Source of the DNA: Callorhinchus milii
Lineage: Eukaryota
Length of the DNA: 54,296 bases
Assembly: GCF_018977255.1 (NCBI RefSeq)
Contig: NW_024705327.1
Coordinates: forward strand, 1 to 54,296
Reading direction: 5' to 3'
Shown here: positions 49,455-54,296 of the stretch, one piece after another
Layout of the letters: every line of letters begins with the position of its first letter
Numbering within the stretch: the stretch's first letter is position 1
The notes under the pieces: model-generated
The model's database searches: none
What the model was told of the DNA's origin: nothing
What the model saw: the letters and a program-made list of their open reading frames with translations, nothing else
Made by a program: the position numbers and the translations under genes

Positions 49455-49497
49455 CTACGACGTTTCGATCGCAACACAAGCGGTCGTCATCAGGCGG
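49455..49497 (-). ncRNA. Minimal hammerhead ribozyme motif (partly decayed stems)
   Basis: Minus strand reads CCGC-CTGATGA-C-GACCGC-TTGTGTT-GCGATC-GAAA-CGTC-GTAG; core intact, one mismatch each in stems I and II. Confidence 0.7.
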
Positions 49498-49594
49498 AGA
49501 GAAAAGGAGGGTAAGCCTCGAATGAAACTGTTTATAAAGGTTTAAAAGTGGACGTAGCCCAAGTGTTAGAACGGAGTGGGCAGGGCACAAGAGT

Positions 49595-49786
49595 CTGGTC
49601 AGCAGTGGATAGAGCATCCTATAGAGATGGAGTCTAGGCCATGATAGAGCAAAAGCTATAGAGATGGAGCCTAGGCCAGCAGTGGATAGCGCATGCAGTA
49701 GGCATGGTGTACTAGAGGTAGTCTAGGCCAGCAGTGGATAGAGCAAGCTATAGGAAGTAGTGTCTAGGCCAGCAGTGGATAGAGCG
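49595..49786. repeat. Imperfect ~35-50-bp tandem repeats (about 5 units) in the Penelope 3' region
   Basis: Recurring CTAGGCCAGCAGTGGATAGAGC core. Confidence 0.85.
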
Positions 49787-51131
49787 GGCTCCTCACCTCA
49801 GCTCTCTCCCCAGCGGTTGCAGGCGGAATGAGTGGAGAAGGTTGCGTGAGGGGTTAAAAAACTGGTGAGCATCGGAGAGTGTTAAAAATGGAAACATTAC
49901 AGCAGCTATGACTAAAACTGGTTGATAAGTCCTTCCAGTGATTGCTGAGTTTGTACCGAAAATCTCGGTTGAAATTGCGTCTATGTTTTAAAATTGATGG
50001 CTTCATGAACGAATAATTGTTCATAGCCAGTGGGCTTGCAAAGTACCTTCGTCTGAGAGAAATAATTTCGTGTGAGCCACCGCATTAAAATAATGATCAG
50101 CCACGGCCGAAGTGTTCGTCCTGCCGTGTTTCAGATCTGCCTTATGTTCACGAACACGGACCAAGACATGTCGCTTAGTTTCCCCGATATAACTACTCCC
50201 GCAGATACAGCTTAGTTTGTAGACGCCAGGGTATTGCATATCAGGGATCATATCCTTCACAGATGGGATCAGATCACGAATTTTAAGTACTGTGTTAAAT
50301 CGAGCCTGGATCTTGGTGTTGGTTCAAGATTTTGGAAATATTTTTGGTGACCCCTGCTATGTATGGCAAGGTGATGGTTTTGATTAGGTCCTCAGATGAT
50401 TATTTCCCAATGGTTGGGGTGATAGCTTTACGGATTGTGTGGTCTGAATATCCATTCATCTTGAAAGCTTGGTGAACGTGTTTCAGTTCACTGGCTAGGT
50501 GATGATGGTCGGAGATACATGGAGCTCTATGGTGTCGAGTTTTGATGAGGGAATTTTTCTGGGATGGATGGTGGTGGGAGTCAGGTTTTAGGTAGGCATC
50601 CGTATGAGTTGCTTTCCTGTAGACAGAGTGTCGCATTGAGCGATCTGGTCTCTTTTCGATTAGAACATTCAAACATGGTAGCTTGCCATCCTTTTCCACC
50701 TCCATGGTGAATTTTATGGATGGGTGTATGGAATTATGTGGTTGAGGAATTGGTTCAGAGCTGGTTGGCCATGTGACCAGATGACGAATGTGTCATCTAT
50801 GTACCTCTTCCACAAGGACGGACGTAGAGTGGATGCCTGCATGGCATCCATCTCAAAATTTTCAATGAAAACATTGGCTACAACCGGAGATAAGGGAGAG
50901 CCCATTGCAGTGCCTTCAACTTGTTTGTAAAATGTTCCATTCCAGGTGAAGTATGTATTGGTGAGGCAGTGTCTCACCAGGGCCGTACATCAGCATTCAA
51001 TCCTTGTTGGACTAATCTTCAATGATTGCAATGGTGTCGGGCACAGGGACTTTGGTAAACAAAGAAAGTACATAGAAACTAACGAGCAAATCACCTGGTG
51101 ATAGTGAGATATCCTTAATTAAGGATACCAA

Positions 51132-51270
51132 ACTCTTTGTTTTTTTTCGGTAAAGTCACGTAGGTGAAAACAAAATAAGATTTTTATTTATTTAGTTTTT
51201 TCACCTACGTGACTTTACCCAAAAAACAAAGAGTATGGATCATTGCAGTCACAAAAACTTATAATCTAGA
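51132..51270 (+). mobile_element. Short Penelope inverted-pLTR palindrome nested in the RT region of the older Penelope
   Basis: Arms ACTCTTTG...CACGTAGGTGAAAA and TTTTCACCTACGTG...CAAAGAGT; tail ATGGATCATTGCAGTCAC; imperfect TSD ATTAA(GG)ATACCAA at 51118-51131 and 51271-51282. Confidence 0.85.
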
Positions 51271-52719
51271 ATTAAATACCAAGTGAGCTGAGTTAAGTAC
51301 AGATGAGGTGGTCTTACCAGTGAATAGTTGCAAGGTCTCAGACAGAAACCAAGGCCAGTTTGTAGGTGGGTGAGTCAATGGTGGAGACGATAGGACGAAG
51401 GGTGTACCTTCTTTATGGATTTTTGGTAAGCCATACAATCTGGGTGGTCTAGCAGCAGAAGGTTTTAAGGAAAACCGTTTGGTTTGTTCAATTAATGAAG
51501 CGAATCAGTGATATGCTGTTGGTTTTTGTAACGAGGCTGTTGGTGGGATCTCATTTATTTTTTGTGTAGCTCCCATCATTAAGTAGGTCCTGAATTTTGT
51601 TATTGTATGTGGTTTTGTCCATGATGACTGTGGCATTGCCCTTTCGGCTGAGAGGATGACAATGTCATCCCTCGTGTTTAACTGAGATAGTTCAAATCGT
51701 TCATCCTTACTGATGTTGCTGATTGGTGTCTTGGCGTTTTTAAGGATTGCAGCGATTTACGATTTTGCTACATCTGCAGCGATGTGTCCCAACCCATTAA
51801 GGGCTACATCGGCATGGGCAATGATATCATCCACTGGGATGTGTTTAGGGGTGACTGCAAAGTTCAACCCTTTAGCCAAAACCGATTTTAGGCCGTTGGA
51901 AATTGTACTATTACTCAAATTAATAACAACCTTGTCAACGTCTAACTTTTTAATGTGTTGATCTGGCTTATATTTGTATTAATTTGAACCTATCTAAGTG
52001 ACTTTACCGTAAGACCCAAAGAATAAGTCAGCATTAATAAAATAAACACACAAAACGATCTGCCAATTGGAAACCTTAATATGATATTAAATATTTCAAA
52101 CATTGATGTGAAATAAAAGGCACACAATAATTTTACCTTAATGACACAGCCAATTACTAAAGACGTTAATGGGGCACATGAAGTATTGGCATATTACACA
52201 AAACGCATTGTAGGGGAAAACATCCACGAAAGATCAATACCTTGTAAAACGGCAATATATCACAACAATTCACACGATGTATTGACAACTTATATAAACA
52301 TAACATACGCCTCCCAAATATCACACCACTAAAAAGCATTTAACAATGATCGACCCTAAGCATGTATTATCAACAGGTCACACAGTGCCAACTGATTTAA
52401 CCTAGCCTCTGTCAGCCTTCATGTTTAATTGTGTAATTTGCACAACATTTCAAACTAAAAGGCAGTGCATGCCTATGCAAAATGTGCACAACACTGCTTC
52501 AGGATCAAATTGGACATTGTTGAATATGAATCGTTTTCACGTTGGCTTTGTGGAAAACTAAAAATATTAATTGGAATATAAAGTGTTTTATTCCTGATCT
52601 CGAACCACAGCCACTATGTATTTTCACACCACCTGTGGTGGGATAAGGCTGTTGGCGTTGGCATTCACCATCTTTTCACTTTTGTGACAAAGCACAATCG
52701 TACCTAAAGGGTTATTTAA

Positions 52720-54296
52720 TCAATAGGCGTGTGTGTCTTGAGAGACAATTACTTAGCGCCTTACGAGGTCAGCTGTAAGTTTTGCAGCGCCGAGAATGAC
52801 TTAGTAGGCCAATCCTTGAGTGACAATCCTTGCCACAGAAATTGCAAGTGAATGCGGTGGCAGCTCCAGAGCTATTCATTGCTTTTTCTTTACGTCGCTC
52901 CCTCTTGGTCTGCCAAGCGGTGTGTATTTTCTCCTCGCCTCTCCTGATGCCTTATTCACAGTCTGCTGCCAGCTGAGTCGGTCGCCGGCAGTTTGCTCCC
53001 AGTCACCTGGGTTGATGTCGCAGCTCTTCATGTCCCGTTTGCAGACATCTTTGAAGCACCGGACTGCGCGACCAGTGGCTCGTGTGCCTGATGCCAGCTC
53101 GCCGTACAAGACATCCTCTGGTAGTCTGCCATCCTGCATGCGGCGCACATGTCCAAGCCATCTCAGGCGCCTATGACTGAGTAGAGAGTACATGCCGGGA
53201 ATGTTGGCCAAGTTGAGGACTGAGGTGTTGGGAATGCGATCTTGCCATCTGATACCGAGGATGCGCCTGAGGCAGCGGAGGTGGAATGTGTTTAGTCGAT
53301 GTTCTTGATGGGCGTATGCTGCCCAGGACTCAGACCCATAGAGGAGGGTGCTTAGGACACAGGCCCGGTACACCTGTACTTTGGTGTTGAGCGTTAGGGA
53401 TTTGTTCTCCCACACTCTTTTGGTCAGCCTGAACATAGCTGTAAACGCCTTCCAATGCACTTGTCAATCTCTGTGACAAGGGACAAATTGCAGGTGATGG
53501 TGGAACCCAAGTAGGTGAAGTCTTGAACGGCTTCCAGGGTGTAGCTGCCAATGTTTATGGAAGGGGTGTCTCTGACATCCTGGCCCATGACATTGGGTTT
53601 TTCAGACTGATTGTCAGGCCAAAGTTGTTGCAGGCATTGGCAAGGTGGTCGATGAGTGTCTGCAGACCTTGTTCTGTGTAAGCTGTCAGCGCGGCATCAC
53701 CAGTGAATAGGAGTTCTCTGATGAGGACTTTGCGGACTTTGGTTTTGGATCTGAGATGGCCAAGGTTGAAGAGTTTGCCATCAGATCTTGTATGGAGAAA
53801 GACTCCCTCTTCTGCTGTCCAAAGGCATGTGTGAGCATAAGTGAGAAAAATATGCCAAACAGTGTTGGGGCAAGCACGCACCCCTGCTTTACACCGCTGA
53901 GTATAGGAAATGCCTCTGAGGTGGTGCCGCTGTGCTGTATTGTTCCTTTCATGTTGTCATGGAAAGAGGAGGATACGTCCTCTCAGCTAGTATCTGTAAC
54001 CTGCTGACGACCACACGGGCAAAGGTTTCCCCATGATGCTCAGCAGGAAGATGTCGTGTTAGTTATTGCAGTCCCCACGGTCACCCTTGTTTTATATAGT
54101 GTGATGATGTTGGAGTCTCTCATGTCTTGAGGCACTGCTCCTTCTTCTCAGCACTGGTAGAGAAGTTCATGGAGTTTTGTGAGGACGGCGGGTTTCGCAC
54201 ATTTTAGTACCTCAGGTGTGATGCCGTCCTGTCCCGGGGACTTGCGCTGGCTAGTGAATTGATGGCTTTATCAAGTTCCTTCAAGGTTGGAACATT
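52720..54296 (-). mobile_element. RTE (BovB-like) LINE, frameshifted; continues beyond the window
   Basis: GVKQGCVLAPTLFGIFFS, RSDGKLFNL, IRELLFTGDAAL, FGLTISLK, VLSTLLYGSESW, RLRWLGHVRRM and C-terminal CNFCGKDCHSRIGLLSHSRRC. Confidence 0.93.

Larger units (their letters stand above)
49352..52024 (-). mobile_element. Decayed Penelope-like element: RT and GIY-YIG endonuclease, 3' pLTR with tail, short inverted pLTR at the 5' end, 13-bp TSD
   Basis: Motifs VINLS, LAKGLNFAVTP, KGNATVIMD, PPRLYGLPKIHK, SLFTKVP, GTAMGSPLSPVVAN, RYIDDTF, VYRKATHTD and GVYKLSCICGSSYIGET. Segment 51971-52024 is inverted to 49388-49440. TSD AAGTCAGCATTAA at 49339-49351 and 52025-52037. Confidence 0.95.

Overview
Repeat-rich eukaryotic genomic DNA, most likely from a non-mammalian vertebrate (fish- or cyclostome-like; inferred from the repeat families and the gene). 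The only host gene I can support is a minus-strand MAGUK p55-family gene of the MPP2/MPP6 (PALS2) type. Five GT-AG coding exons are visible: L27N, L27C, linker, PDZ and part of the guanylate-kinase domain. Three of the five carry single-base deletions, and the SH3/HOOK/GK-start exons are missing. About 14 kb next to a 30-N gap (~1.5-15.6 kb) looks random: roughly even base composition, abundant CpG/TA/CTAG, no repeats and no credible ORFs. It reads like shuffled or synthetic sequence, and I cannot support any biological system in it. The rest is a transposon landscape: Penelope-like elements (PLEs), RTE, Rex1/Babar and L2 LINE fragments, V-SINEs, Gypsy-type solo LTRs, hAT MITEs, a non-autonomous Helitron and an 18-bp minisatellite. 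The most structured signal is the PLE family. Its pseudo-LTRs (pLTRs) carry five minimal type I hammerhead ribozyme motifs. Five TSD-flanked insertions have inverted pLTRs whose inversion point lies within 2 nt of an ATG that opens a conserved 33-36-nt tail. This largely matches known Penelope biology rather than being a new system.
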